A stretch of 64,000 bases of DNA from the NCBI RefSeq assembly GCF_036971445.1, contig NC_091470.1, positions 247,938,001 through 248,002,000 on the forward strand. The letters are read 5' to 3'. The position numbers and the translations under genes are program-made. Under the pieces are notes generated by a model, which was given only the letters and a program-made list of their open reading frames with translations, was not told the DNA's origin and searched no databases. Every line of letters begins with the position of its first letter. The first letter of the stretch is position 1. This DNA comes from Narcine bancroftii (taxonomy: Eukaryota). Positions 11,271-24,819 of this stretch are shown in pieces.

Positions 11271-13019
11271 AGTTAAATGTGGATGGATTCGACAACAGGC
11301 AGTCACAAAATTTAACACCAAGGGTAACAAATGTCAGGCCAGCTTAGATTTCAGGTCCTGTTTTGCAGACTGCTTTCTTGACTGACAGTACTATTAGAGG
11401 CACCAGACCTCAGAACACTCGCAGAGACCTGAATCCATCCCTGTTGCCTGTGTTTTGGGACACCCTAGGTTGCTGTCTCTCAATTCAGTAAGTAAGGAAA
11501 ATAGTGAAAAAGGTTCCTATGGCTTATGAAAGGAAGGAATCTGGGTCTAATAACTCCAAGAGAAACAGCAATAGAATAAACCTGAAATCAGTATTTCAAT
11601 TAGTATAGGAGTGCCATCAGTATTGACGTTGATTATTAACTGCATCCAAACAGTGGGTACATTGTTTCAACTTTGAGGATGCCATATGACTCACCTGAGC
11701 TATAATCCACCCAACTCCTCCCCTTCTCACTGGTTTCAAGACTGCTGGAGCCCTGCAATAAATTGAGGCTTTGGTGTTGAACTAGTCTGTCCTTCATGCC
11801 ATCGAGCTCAGCAAAATTGAGCTCACATTACTTGCCCCATATTCCCCACTCATCCTCACTTTGGCAGCCATCTACATTAGACTGCCTGTCGCCTGAAGGT
11901 TGCAAGACAGGAGATTGTAAATTAAAATTTTATATTATTAACAGCCAGTCCTTCATAAAGTAACTCTTAAAGTGTATTGATATTCCTGACATTTACTTTT
12001 GCTATGTTAAACATTAGAGTATTGATTACTGTTGGAGGTAATTTCCCCCAAATGATTGTTTACTGAGAAATGATTCAAAAGTATTGATGAATTTGAGTTT
12101 TTGACTGGCCTTAGGAGTTGAAATGAAGTGTAAAATTGATTGCAAGATGTGATTGGCACTTGGTGAGGATATTGTAGGGAAATCTTGAATCATGCACTTC
12201 CAGTCCTACGACAGACCTTTTCTAGAATATCGGGGGGGGGGGGTGGGGTGGGGGGGCATTGAATCATGACACCTCAATGGGAAACAGGATGGACCTTGGC
12301 CAGGAAATCTACTGCATTAAATACACATACTTCACTGTATTATGGCGGGAAGTTCACTAAAGAAAATAAATTAATGTCTTATCATAGATAGGCCAAGTTG
12401 CTCACCATTTCATAGGTTAAGCTACCTCTTCCCTTGGAGCTGAGGAGGATCCCAAGCTTTACCACCTCCTTCCCTCCATCCCAGCCATGATTGCAAGTGC
12501 CTGATGAATGAGTGGGGTCTCTCATGCCTGTCTTAACACTCTTACCATGAAGCTCAAAGGTGTCCAACTATGACCAGCAGGTGGCCCATTTAGAACTGCT
12601 GTTTCAAGATCTACAAACGTGATAGGATATGGTACAGAAAGGTTCATTCCTGATGTGTTTAACATGTGGTTATTGATGAGATGCACAGATAGATCTAACC
12701 TGGTCCCTCACATAGAGGCATACCCGTGTTTCTAGACATGGTCCAGTTTTCAGGCCAATCAGGTTTAACTGTGAAAAAATAATTGGATCAATACTTGAAG
12801 GGGAAAATTTCCAGGGCCATGGCTCAGATGGCACTGCATTGTGAAGTAATTATTTTGGTCTTGCAGTCCTGCTTTGTGCCATCTCAATGTTACCAATCAT
12901 CTTTTAGCCAAATTGAAGTCTCTGGAGAATAAAAGTGAGGACCTATGAACAAGGTTGCTGTACCAGAAGGACATGAGGAATTGCTGTGCATTCTCCTTCA
13001 CATAAATCGTTTACTCCCA

Positions 13020-14000
13020 ACTCTCTGGTCTTGGCCATTCAGCCAAATGGTTCTTCCTCCTTCACGTGGACCAGATGGTTACCACAATTACTGGCCGAAT
13101 GATGGAAAATAATGAATCAGAATACAAGATGGAGATCGAGAATCTGATTGAGTGATGCCAGAGTACAGTCTTGCTCTCAACGTCATCACCAAAGAGTTTA
13201 TTTTGGATTTTAGGAAGTAGTAGCTGAGGGACCCATGCACCTTTGATGGTACAGAGGTAAAGTGATTAGTACCTTCAAGTTTCAACAAGTTCACATATTG
13301 GAAGATCTCTCCTGGAGACAGAAAATCAAGGCAACTGTGAAGGGACACTAACACTTCTATTTAAGAAATTTGAGGAGATTAGGCATATCATTGAATACAT
13401 TTATCGACATTCTACAGGTGTATTGTGGAAATGACTGGTTGAATCACAGTCTGCTGTGGTCATTTGAATGCTCAGCAATACAGGAGGCGACAGAACGTTG
13501 CAACCAAGTCCATCATGAACTCCAACCTCTCAACTGTTGAATATATCAATTTAAGGTGTTGCCTCAATAATGCCCCAACCTTATAAAGGACCCCCATTAT
13601 CCTGGTCACAGCCTCTTCTCACCGCTGTCTATGAGAAGAAGATACAGAAACCTGAAGTCCAGTACCTCTAGGTGAAAGAACAGTTTCTTTTCCAATGGCT
13701 ATCAGGGTCCTGAACCTTGCCTTACTATCCTAGCCATAACCTACTCTAGACTACAAGAAGACCTGTCTGCACTATTGAAACACCACTTATTTTCTTGAAC
13801 CAACTGCAACTGTGAATATTTTTTTTAAAATCTAGCTATATTTTATACTTATCCCTTTCTGTGCTTGGATAATTTAATGTACACTGGTGTCGTTTTTTTT
13901 TTGTTGACTAAATGTGCCTGTTTGGCTGTGGCAAGTAAGAATTTTGATGTATACGTACTTTGTACTTATGTGTATGAAAATGAATTCATCACCATTATCT
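13020..14000 (+). mobile_element. Rex1/Babar LINE 3' fragment, degraded
   Basis: Rex1-type phrases (aaggacccccattatcctggtcacagcctcttctcacc; aacagtttctttt) and an AT-rich tail. Confidence 0.7.
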
Positions 14001-14798
14001 AGAAATGATATTCAAGTCTGTCCCATCCTTTCATTAGATCGTGGGTACCAGTAATCTATTTGTCTGCTCCAGTTCTTGAGTTGTATAACCCTTAATAATA
14101 TAGCAAAGTAAAATAGATAAATAAAAAAGCCTTGTATTTGTATATTTATATCCATTTGGGCCATTGCTGTGATCAATGTTAATACTTTGCTTTTACCACA
14201 TAGTTTCCTATAAACTTTAAATCCAAAATAACACCAGTGGCCTTTTTTTTTTAACCAAGCCTGTATGGCATACGGAACTAACATTTTCTCAGTATCTAGG
14301 TACACTTGACAGTAAACTAAATTATCTGAATTTAGACGTGTCAAAGCCTGAACATCCCAATGTGTAAAATTCAAGGCTATTTAACTGACTGAAACAATTT
14401 AAACTGCCTGCTGATAGGTTCATCAGCAACTGTGGGTGGGAGGAAAATCAAAGTGGGGAAGGGATACAAGGGTGATTAGATTAAAAACACAATGTAGATT
14501 GATGGTTGTTGGTCAGTGCCAGTGTGGAAGCTGAAGGGCCTGGTTCTGGGCTGGGCAACCATGGCTGGGGAATTCCCCGAGAGACTATGCCAAATCACAT
14601 TCTGGCTCAATGTTTATTAGCATGTGCAGTGTTCGGGTTCACTGAAATTCTTGCTTAATGCAGCTACACAGATACGCAAAATTGATGAATAAACAACAAG
14701 AATAAATTTAATTACCACATGAGAGAATAAAATATAATATCAATAAAATGGTTGAAAAATATTCGCTGCTACTGTTAGTGCAAAAAGAAATGTGATGT

Positions 14799-17700
14799 TA
14801 TGGTGGCTCACCCTAAGTGCAGTTTGAACCGGCTCAGAAAATCACGGGTGAACTGATGGCATCAACAACCAGGAGGGCTCTGACTGCAGGGCAAACTGCA
14901 GACTGGAAGGTGTCATCATTTCTGCCCTGCAGCCCGTGGGGGTTCCTGGGAGGAATGTTTAAAATGCGTGCATGTGTGAACAAGTAAACAGTTTTCCAAC
15001 TGGATGCCACTTGACACAGCACAATAAATTGGTGACCACGATGGGCCCAACAGATTTGGACCTGCCGTGGACAATGCGGCTTCATGAAGTGCAGGCTCCC
15101 TCAAACTGCCTTCCTTTTGGAGGACTCAGTCAGCGGTAGGGATTGAACAAGCCAAGGCACATTTCCAAGTCAGGCAGATAGTTGCAGATGCCACCAAGTA
15201 ATATTATGTGGTGGCTGTGCTTAACCAGGAGATGGCAGGTCGTGTGATCGATTGCCTGCTCTTTGAACAAATTTTTCTAGACATCCATCTTATACTAGCT
15301 GACGAGGTTTTCAGCATCCTCTGCAGGGTAACCTCCCGCACAGACATTCTGTGGCATGCTAAGCAGCATGGCTGGTGCCCCGTTGAGATTAGTGCTGCAT
15401 CATGCCAAAGGCCCAGGCTTCACGCACCCCAGCAGTGAGGCCATACGCACCCTTGAGCAGGGACAACTCCAGCGCAGATTCTAAGAGTTTCTACCACCAA
15501 TGGTGGGGTTCTGGAGTGTGCCGTTACCAACCTCCATGTGCGTTTCCGGGAAACACCACGGTCAGCCATCACTACTGGCTACAGCCTACTGTATGTCTGG
15601 GATAACTACTCTGGGTGCGAGTTCTTGGTGGACACTGGAGCTGAAATCAGTGTACTCCCTCCTTCAGGCCACAATATGCGTCACATAAAAGCAGGGCCAG
15701 TGCTGACAGCAGTAAACAACGGTGCCATCCGCACATATGGTACTCAAACCGTACCCCTATGACCCCTATGGAGCCAACAAATTCACGGACATTCACGCTG
15801 ATTGGGACGGATTTCCTCAGAGCCCACTCACTGCTGGTCGACTTGAAGGGGCGAAAGTCAGTAGATACCAGGACTTTTCAGACATTCTCCCTGGAGGAAG
15901 CCAAGCTACCCACCATTCACCTCGACTCTATAATGTATTCAGGGAACTAATTAACAAGAGTTCTTGCGGAGTTTCCAGCCTTCATAACGCCACTGTTTCC
16001 TTTGGCCACACTCATGCAGGAACCTCCACACCACACCTGAGCCCACAGACTGCCGCCCAACAGTTCCACCTTGCAAAAGAGGAGTTTCAGAAGGTGGAGG
16101 AGATGGGGATTGCATGCAGATCGAAAGACCATGGGCCTCCCCGCTCCACATGGTGCCTAAGTCAGTGGGAGAATGGAGACCGTATGGAGATTACAGAAGG
16201 CTGAATGACGCTACCACTTCAAACCACTACCCTGTGTCCAATATACAGGATTTTACTGCCAACCTGCATGGGGCTCCCATTTTCTTGAAGATAGTCCGAG
16301 TACGTGGGTATCACCAAATCCAAGTGCACCTGGATGACGTACCAAAGACGGCTCTGATTACACCATTTGGACTCTGAGTTTCTCCATTTGGTCTGAAAAA
16401 CACAGCACAAACATTGCAATGGTTGATGGGTGCAGTGGGATGAGACATGGAGTTCTTGTTCATTTATTTGAATGACATACTCATCGCCAGCCATAAAGAA
16501 CACCTACAACACCTGTGTCTGCTCTGCTATGTCACAACCTGCACAATTTTGGCCTCATGATAAACCCTGCCAAGTGCCAGTTCGGATTGTCCTTTATTGA
16601 CTTCTTAGGGTACCGCCTCAACTGCCACGGTGCAGTCCCATTGCTGAGAAAGGTAGAAGCCATCCGCCAGTTCAGTAGACCTGACACAGTAAGGGTCTAC
16701 ACGAGTTTGTGGGGATGAACTTTTACCACCACTCTTTACCTTCAGTAGCCCGCATCATGCAACCTCTGTTTGGTCTCATGTCTGGCAAGACCAAGGAGAT
16801 TACGTGGAAGCAAGAGACAGCAACAGTATTTGAGAAGATCAAGGAAGCCCTGGCAAATTCTACACTCCTGGTCCACCCCCAAGTGGGTGGCATCCTGCAA
16901 CAACTCATCGACTCCTGGACGTTAAATACAGCGCCTTCAACAGGAACCTGACCTGTACCTGGCTATCTAGGACTTTCGGTACTTCCTCAAAGGAAGGGAG
17001 TTCACTGTCTTGACTGACCACAAGCCCCTAACCTTCACCTTCACCAAAGTGTTAGACCCATGGTCAGCCTGCCAATAATGCCACCTCTCTTTTGTCTCAG
17101 AGTTTACCACCATGATATGACACATCTCCAGAAAGAGCAATGTGGTTGCCAATGCACTGTCATGTGCCTCCCTGCAAGTGGTGCATTCCCTACACAACAC
17201 TAGCTGAAGCTCAGTGCCAGGACACTGAGATCCCAGCGTACAGGACTGCAGTCTTGGTCCTTCGCCTAGAGGAGTCCAACATTCCTTTGCAGTCTATTCA
17301 CAGGTCAGCCTCAGCCCATCATCCCTGCACAGTTTTGCCCATTCCTCCATCTGGGTGACCATTCGGCTTATCTCCTATAAGTTCATGTGGCATGGCCTCC
17401 AAAAGCAGGTCGGGCATTGAGCCAGAACATGGACAGACTGGCAAACTATCAAGGTACAATGGCATGTGAAGGCTCTACTCCAGCCCTCCCAGCTGTCACA
17501 GTGGATGTTCGAGCATGTGCATGTGAATATTGATGGCCCCGTATCAGTGTCAAGGGGATCGAGGTACCTGTTCACCATGGTGGAGAGGTTCACGAGATGG
17601 CCGGAGGCAATTCCACAGATGCCTCCATAGAGTTGTGCGCCAGGACCCTTGTTTCTACCTGGGTGGCGGGTTTCAGCCTCCTGGCCCACGTCACCTTGGA

Positions 17701-18603
17701 CAGGGGTCTGCAATTCACATCTGCACTGTGGACCGCACTGTCGTGCCTGCTGGGAACACAATGTCCTACCACCCTCAGTCGAATGGCCTGGTCGAGCGCT
17801 TCCGCGGGCACTTCTCGGCTGCTCTAATGGCACACCTCCACAGGCCAGACTGGGTAGATGAACTACAGTTCAGCATATGAACTGTGCCCAAAGAGCAGCT
17901 GAAGTCTTCATCAGCAGAGCTGGTATCAGGCGCCCCACTCATGGTGCCTGGAGAGTTCATGCCCGCAGCTCGAGGGGAGGAAGATGCACCATCAGAGGTC
18001 CTCAACAAACTGCGTTGGTGGCCCTGATTCCAATGGCCCACTATTGCACTATGTCACCCTTTGTGCCTAAGGACTTACTGGGCTGTGAGTACACCTTTGT
18101 CCAAAGAGGCATGCACAGGCTGCCCCTACAGTGTCTCTATGAGGGGCCATTTAAGTTGGAACGCCACAGCAGCACGACTTGGGTCCTAGACATCAGCAGG
18201 TGTGAAGAGACATTTGACCACCTCAAACCAGCACATCTGGACCTTGACTGACCAGTAACCATACCCGCACTGTGAAAGTGAGGACACCTACCCAAACAAC
18301 CAGAGCAGGCGCAGGCGCCGGACATTTCGTCGGTCCTGTGGGGGCGGGGGGGGGGGGGGGGGGGACGTGTGGCAGCTCACCTAAGCACAGTTCAAACTGG
18401 TTCAGAAAGTCGCTGGTGATCCGTTGATGTCAGCAACCCTTAGGGCTCTGACTGCAGGACGAACTGTGGGCCGGAAGATGATGTAATTTCTGACCCGCAG
18501 CGGTTCCTGGGAGGAATGTTTAAAAAACACGTGTGTGTGAACAAGTTTTTCTAATTGGACACCATTTGGGTCAGACGCCTTTTTTTCCTCTCGCTGCGAC
18601 ACA
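14799..18603 (+). mobile_element. Old Ty3/Gypsy LTR retrotransposon, frameshifted (gag-PR-RT-RH-IN)
   Basis: LTRs ~14799-15025 and 18368-18603; TSD ATGT (14795-14798, 18604-18607); PBS-like TGGTGACCACG at 15030; G-rich PPT before 18368. Motifs: FLVDTGAEISV (protease), WASPLHMVPK..WRPYGDYRRLN (RT), TDHKPL (RNase H), DRGLQFTS and YHPQSNGLVER (integrase), YEGPF. Confidence 0.93.
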
Positions 18604-19154
18604 ATGTAACAACAATGCTGAGCATTTATCTAAAGGACACCACCTCCACCTGTGCAGCTGTCCCTCCAGAATTATAATATAAGCATTTGGCTATGACTTG
18701 CGTCTTCATTCATCTTTCAGTCTTAAAAATTCTAGTTGATCATTCCTTTATTTAAACAGTTTCATGGAGAGAGAATTCCCAATTCCAATCACTTTGTGTG
18801 AAGAAGTGATTTGTGCCCATGCATTTTTTCACATTATGTCCCCTTTTGAATAGGGAACTCCTCTGCAAAGAGTAATAGTTTTTTTTACTCTCAGCGTAAA
18901 CAAAGTATTGCAATAAAGTTTATATTTATAATGCTTCTGTTTAGTTAATTAACATACTGTTAATGAGAATATTTAATTGCAATTTTTCCATCCAAACTCA
19001 TTTATTTAAAGAAAATTATCTGCTCATAATTGTAGCTTTCCATTTGATGTGCTTTTGCAACATCCGGATAATTCAATTTAAATCTGTATTAGGATGTTTT
19101 ATAAACCTACTAAACTAATAAAAGAGGCCAATCAACCTACATGGTTTAATTCTG

Positions 19155-20690
19155 TAGAAGGAAAACTACAGCACAGAAAACAGGCCATTTGGCCCTTCTA
19201 GTCTGTGCCAAAACATCAGTCCTCTAGTCCCAATGACCTGCACCCATTCCATAACTATCGAGACCTCTCCCTTTCATGTATCTGTCCAATTTATTCTTAA
19301 ATCCTAAGAATGAGCCCACATTTACCACATCAGATGGCAGCTCATTTCAAACTCCCACCACTCTCTGAGTGAAGAAGTTCCCTCTAATGTTCCCCCTAAA
19401 CCTTTCACCCTAAAGCAATGTCCTCTCATATTTATCTCCCAATCTAAGTGGAAAAAGCCTACTCACATTAACTCCTGTCTATTCCCCTCATAATTTTGTA
19501 AACCTCGATCAAATCTTTTAGGGAATTATGTATCTGCATTCCCAGATCCCTTTGTTCCTCCGCCCTCCTCAGTGCTTGGTTTGTCCTTTCAAAGTGCAAC
19601 TCTTGTCTGCATTAAATTATATCTGCCATTTTCTGGCCCATTTTTCCAGTTGGTTCGGATCCCTCTGCAAGCCTCGAAAGCCTTCCTTGCTGTCCACAGC
19701 GCCTCTAATCTTAGTGTCATCAGCAAACTTGCTGATCCAATTGCCCACATTATCATCCAGATCACTGATATAGACAACAAACAACAATGGTCCCATCATA
19801 GATCCCTGAGGAACACCACTAATCACAGGCCTCCAGCCTGAGAAGCAAACATCCACTACCCCTCCCTGTCTTCTATCATTCAGCCAATTTTGAATTCATT
19901 TTACTACCTCTCCATGGATACCTAGTGTCTGAACCTTTTGAACTAATCTCCCACGTAGGACCTTGTCAAAGGCCTTACTGAAGTCCATGAACACAACATC
20001 CACAGCCTTTCCTTCATCTACTTGCTTGGTAATCTCAAAAAACTCTAAGATTCGTTAAACATGACCTACCATGCCATGCTGACTATCCTTAATCTGTCCT
20101 TGGCTGTCCAAATACTTGTATATCCTACTTCTTGGAACACCCTCCAATAATTTACCTACTACTGACATTAGGCTCACCGGCCTGTAATTTCCTGGTTTAC
20201 TTTTGAAGTCTTTTTTAAACAATGGAACAACATAAGCTACCCTCCAGTCCTCCGGCATCTCACCCATGGCTAAGGATATCTTAAATATTTCTGACAAGGC
20301 CCCTGCAATTTCTACACTAGTCTCCCTCAAGGCCTGAGGGAATATCATGTCAGGCCCGGGGGATTTATCTACCTTTATTCACTGTAAGGCAGCAAGCACC
20401 TCCTCCTCCCTAATCTCTCTATGTTTCATGCCAATGTCGCTTGTTTCCCTTCCTTCCTTATACATCAAACCTGTTTCCTGAGGTAAATGCTGAAGCAAAA
20501 AAAAAACGGTTTAAGATCTCCCCCATCTTGTTAGACTCCACAAATAGAAGACCTCTCTAACTTTCTAGGGGATCAATTTTGTCCCTTCCTAGCCACCTCA
20601 TGTCTTTTTGCCTTCCTGATTTCCTTCTTAAGTATTTTCTTACATTTTCTACACTCTTCTAGTACCTCATTTGCTCCTTGTTGTCACATT
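19155..20690 (-). mobile_element. CR1 LINE fragment (RT region and 3' end, internal deletions)
   Basis: PEDWRVAYVVPLFKK..PGNYRPVSL; SGVPQGSMMGPLLF..ISKFADDTK; CR1 3' tail at ~19165. Confidence 0.92.
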
Positions 20691-21084
20691 GCAGGAGCAA
20701 GCTTACTGAGGAACCTCAAAATAGTCAAGTTCAAGTTTATAGTCAAGTCTACTAAGTTGCAATAAGGAAGTTGGTTTTGTGAGTAGTCTGGCTAGTCAGC
20801 CCATATAGTACAGTAGTGTTTTTTTAAGTGCAGAATTATTGAGAAGCAGAGAAAAATTACTTGGATCAGAGGAATGATAACATTATTTTACTAATGTGAG
20901 GTTCGTTCTGCAGTCTGGTAAGAAGCCCTTCAATGTGTATTCTCACATTTCTGAATCTTCTTCGTGATGCAAGAAGGGTGAGGAGAGTGTGTTGGGGTGG
21001 TTGAATATTTTAATTTGTTGGCAGGTGCTTTTCCAATACAGCAGTAAGTATAGATGGAGTCAGTGTGTGATGCTTTAAGGTGTC

Positions 21085-21830
21085 ACAATCCATTACTGTT
21101 CTGAGGGAGTGCCGCACTGTTCAAGGTGCCATCTTTCAGAAGAGATGTTATGACGAAATGCCGTCTTAGGCGGACACTGTTTTGAAGAATTTCGGGGAGA
21201 TCTCCTTGATCCTGATGCTGATATTCATGCATCAGCAACATACTTGTTGTTTTGGGGCCTAGCTGGCAAGGCCAGGATTTTTTGCCCATTGAGATGTTGC
21301 CTTCTTGGAGCACTTGGAGTTTCAGAAGTTCATTTCAGCCGTGATGAAGCAACAAGATATTTCCGTCGTGATGTGTGGAACTTGAAGAGAAACTACAAGT
21401 TATGTCCCCATTCACCTCTTTACTTTGTCCTTGATATTGAGGTCCTGGGTTTAAAAGATGTGGTGCATGTTGCTTTGACAAATAAATGCAATTAATTTTG
21501 TAGTTGATAATCATCATTGTAGTCCGAGTGTTTCAATGGTGGAGGGAATTAATATTTAAGGAGATTGTATTATTCAGGTGGACCATTATCAAATTTTTTC
21601 TGGGTGTCGTTGAACATCTTGAATGTTGGAGTGACACTCACTTAGGCACACTTCTGACTTATGGTTTGTGGAAAGGTTTCCTCCCAAGGCATTATCGCGT
21701 TGACACGTGAGTTATTGCTGTGCAGATATGTTGCTGCACTCCTAAGGCACAGCAGTGACTAGATATTATACTTCATTGGCTATAAAATACTTTGGTCATA
21801 CTTAGAGGGGTAAGGTGAATGAAAATTATT
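21085..21830 (+). mobile_element. Deu-domain SINE (SacSINE1/AmnSINE-like): body 21085-21245 and tail ~21700-21830, separated by another repeat
   Basis: ctgagggagtgccgcactgttcaaggtgccatctttcagaagagatgtta matches the Deu core as I recall it; tail cttcattggctataaaatactttgg. Confidence 0.65.
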
Positions 21831-24689
21831 TTATTTTTATGAATCAAATATATCCAGGACTGGATTTATAAAGAAATTCAAATACTTGTTTCAAATGATT
21901 AGAGCGTTGTTCTCAGAACTATTTGTGCAATTATGATCTTCACACAAAGCCCTCCATATTGAGATGTAAAGTTCAGAAATTACAGCTAAGGCACCTGTTA
22001 ATCACAGTTTTATCAGCTATTAGTGATGCCAAATATAAGTGGACAAAGAAAATGGATTAACTCTGGGTAAATTGTATTTAAAAAATACAATGGCAAACAT
22101 GAAATGGATATTCCATTGAGCCTTTGATTGACATTTATGCTGATCAATGTGGGAAGTAACTGGCTGTGACCAGCACTTTATGCAGGATGGACGTAACTGT
22201 GCTTTAAAAGTTCAGTGTACCCTTCCTCTATTTCTTTAACATTGCAGGCAAGATAACAGTAGACTGGTAATAGTGGCAGTGCTCTGAAAGATTCTTATTA
22301 TTTGCTCAAGTTCTGCGGAGACAGACTCATCAGTTTGCCTGCCAGATGTGTATAGAGGTTTGTTCTTTCTCAACCAGGATTGTATAGGACTGTCAAAAAC
22401 TGATGCATTATACACTGCTTAAGGTTAGGGAGATTACTTACTCATGTCTACCTTACAGCTATAGGTTAAGCTACAGGAGAGACTGGCTCACTAGTATTGA
22501 CTTTAAAGCAATATGCCTCTTATCTTGTTTCTATGAAAATTCTATGTCTGTGGCTGTGTTCTCATTTAATGAAGCTTGCATCAATGGTTAGGGGGTGGCA
22601 GGGTAGGGAGCAGGAGCACATAGTTAAATCTTGTCACTTCTGACTTTGCTGTGAACGATAGATCTGTTTGATTTGCAATAATGATATTTTTCCCTTATTA
22701 TTGCATGAGTCATCAAAGTTTACTTTCTCTGTTAATTATCTCTAGCAGCCTTTCCTAAGGGATATCCCAATTACAGATCTCCAGTCAGAATTCCTTGAGA
22801 CTGTGCATTATACAAAGTATTTCAAAGTATTAATGCATTTAGGTTAAAAATATTAATTCTTAGTCTTTCAATAGATTGTTTTGATATGTAATTTTTAATT
22901 GTTTTATAATATTACACTATATATTTAAGCAAAGTATTGTTATTTAGATTCTGCTGAGCCCAGTAAACCCAGCAACAACCTCTCAGAATTCACATTCCCT
23001 TTCTCGAGGTCTGAATGTAGAAGTGTTTTGATTTTGCATGGATTCAGATTATGGGTACACAGACTGGATGTTTTCTATTTTATTAGTTCTGGTGTATTTT
23101 CCAATATATCTCAACCCAGTACAGTGTTCACATTTTGAGATTGCGGTGGTCTTTACTTAAATGCATTTATTCCCTTTTTAATTCCTTCACAACTGAGAAG
23201 CCTGCCAAGTGCCCTCTTGCATCTCTTTGAACTTTACTCTGTCAAGTTAGTGTTCCTGTGCAATTTGAAAGTATGACTTGTCCAGATGTTCTTACAATGG
23301 AAATGTTTTGCTTTTTTTTATCCTGGCACTGCTTAGTATTTTGCTGTCTGTGCCTTCCTTTTTTTTTGAATAATTGTTCAAAACTTAGAGGGAGCCATTA
23401 GGTTCTTCTCTCTTGAAATGTATAATTTCCATAACTTTCAGTGGTAAAGCTCCAATTTATGAGTTTAAGGAAGGACATTTTCGCACCATCCCCATGGTTT
23501 TTGTAGAGTGCCATTTGTTGTTATATTCTGTCTTCTTTCAATTTCTTTGTGTTTTGCGTTTGTGTCAGTTTATTACCTGCAGAGGGAGCAGATGTAGGAA
23601 TTCATCCTTTTGTAATAATACAATAAATTTGCAGTTACATGCTGCAGTCCATTTCCAGCATTTGGACTCTCTAATTTCAATGCAAGAACATACTAAAGGC
23701 CACAAACCACTATAATGCACATTAAGTACATGCAGCTGATGATGACTTTCTACACCAGGATTGATGCCACAGTGCAAGCTGATCTCGGAAATGTGATAAC
23801 CAGCTAAAGAAACCAAACCATGAGTTTTAATACTTGAGATGTTTCTAAACATAGTGAGGGGGTGGGGAGAAAGGTTACTGGACAAAGACAGGTTGCATCA
23901 GCACAAATTTTATCTGCTAAGGAGATACATGAAATATAGAGCCCGATGCAGCATAAGATTTGGCCCCTTGACTTCTGACACAGAAGCAGGGTGACCTCTC
24001 ATCTGCCATCCATCTTGTTTCTTCAGCAAACTCCATGAATTTTTATTAGAAGTTTCTTGCACCTCAGCTAAGCTTGAACAAATTGCCTGACACAGATGAG
24101 ATGAAGTGGTTCGGTAGCCTCTGAGTGTGTTACATGGGTCTTCTGGTGAATGACACCAACCCGGAGTCCTACAATGTCATACACCAGTGATAACTGGAGC
24201 TTCACAGTTGATAAATGCATCATTTTCTGGAACATTGATTGTTTTACAAGCCCAGCTGACTATTAAGCTCTGTGATAAAACCATTTAGATCATATGTATC
24301 AAAATCATGAGGGGCTTCAAACTGTAAATAAAGTGTAAGTGTTTCACCCGCAGGAGTATAGTAAAGCAGAGTGCACAGATTTCATTAATTTATTTACTTA
24401 ACAAAGATCAGGAAGCAGGGGGATAGAGATGAGATTTCTTTTTAACTGTTTGCTCTTGGGATGTAGCCACTGGCCTAAAGGAACAGGCTTGTGATTTTCA
24501 GAAGGAAATTGTATACACGGTTGAAAGGAAATTTTAACAGGGCTCTCAGTAAAACCCAAGTGAGTGGAAAAATTGGATAGTACTGGCAGAGAACTGGTAA
24601 AGGAGCTTTAGGGCCCAATGGCTTTTTTCTATGATTCTTTGTGTGTCCATAAAATACTGACTTGGAAGTGGTGATGTCAGCATTTAGAT

Positions 24690-24819
24690 CAGTAGTTTTC
24701 AAACTTTTTCTTCCCACCCACATACCACCTTAAGTAATCCCTTACTAATCACAGAACACCTATGTCTTAGTGATTACTTAAAGTGGATGCAAGTGGAAAG
24801 AAAAGTTTGAAAACCACTG
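24690..24819. mobile_element. hAT MITE monomer (130 bp)
   Basis: TIRs CAGTAGTTTTCAAACTTTT / AAAAGTTTGAAAACCACTG; perfect 8-bp TSD ATTTAGAT (24682-24689, 24820-24827). Confidence 0.92.

Noticed and set aside
12232-12256. Long G-run as a functional G-quadruplex
   Set aside because: Similar homopolymer runs occur throughout the window (1325, 18340, 51278, 58327); no independent support, and their lengths are error-prone.
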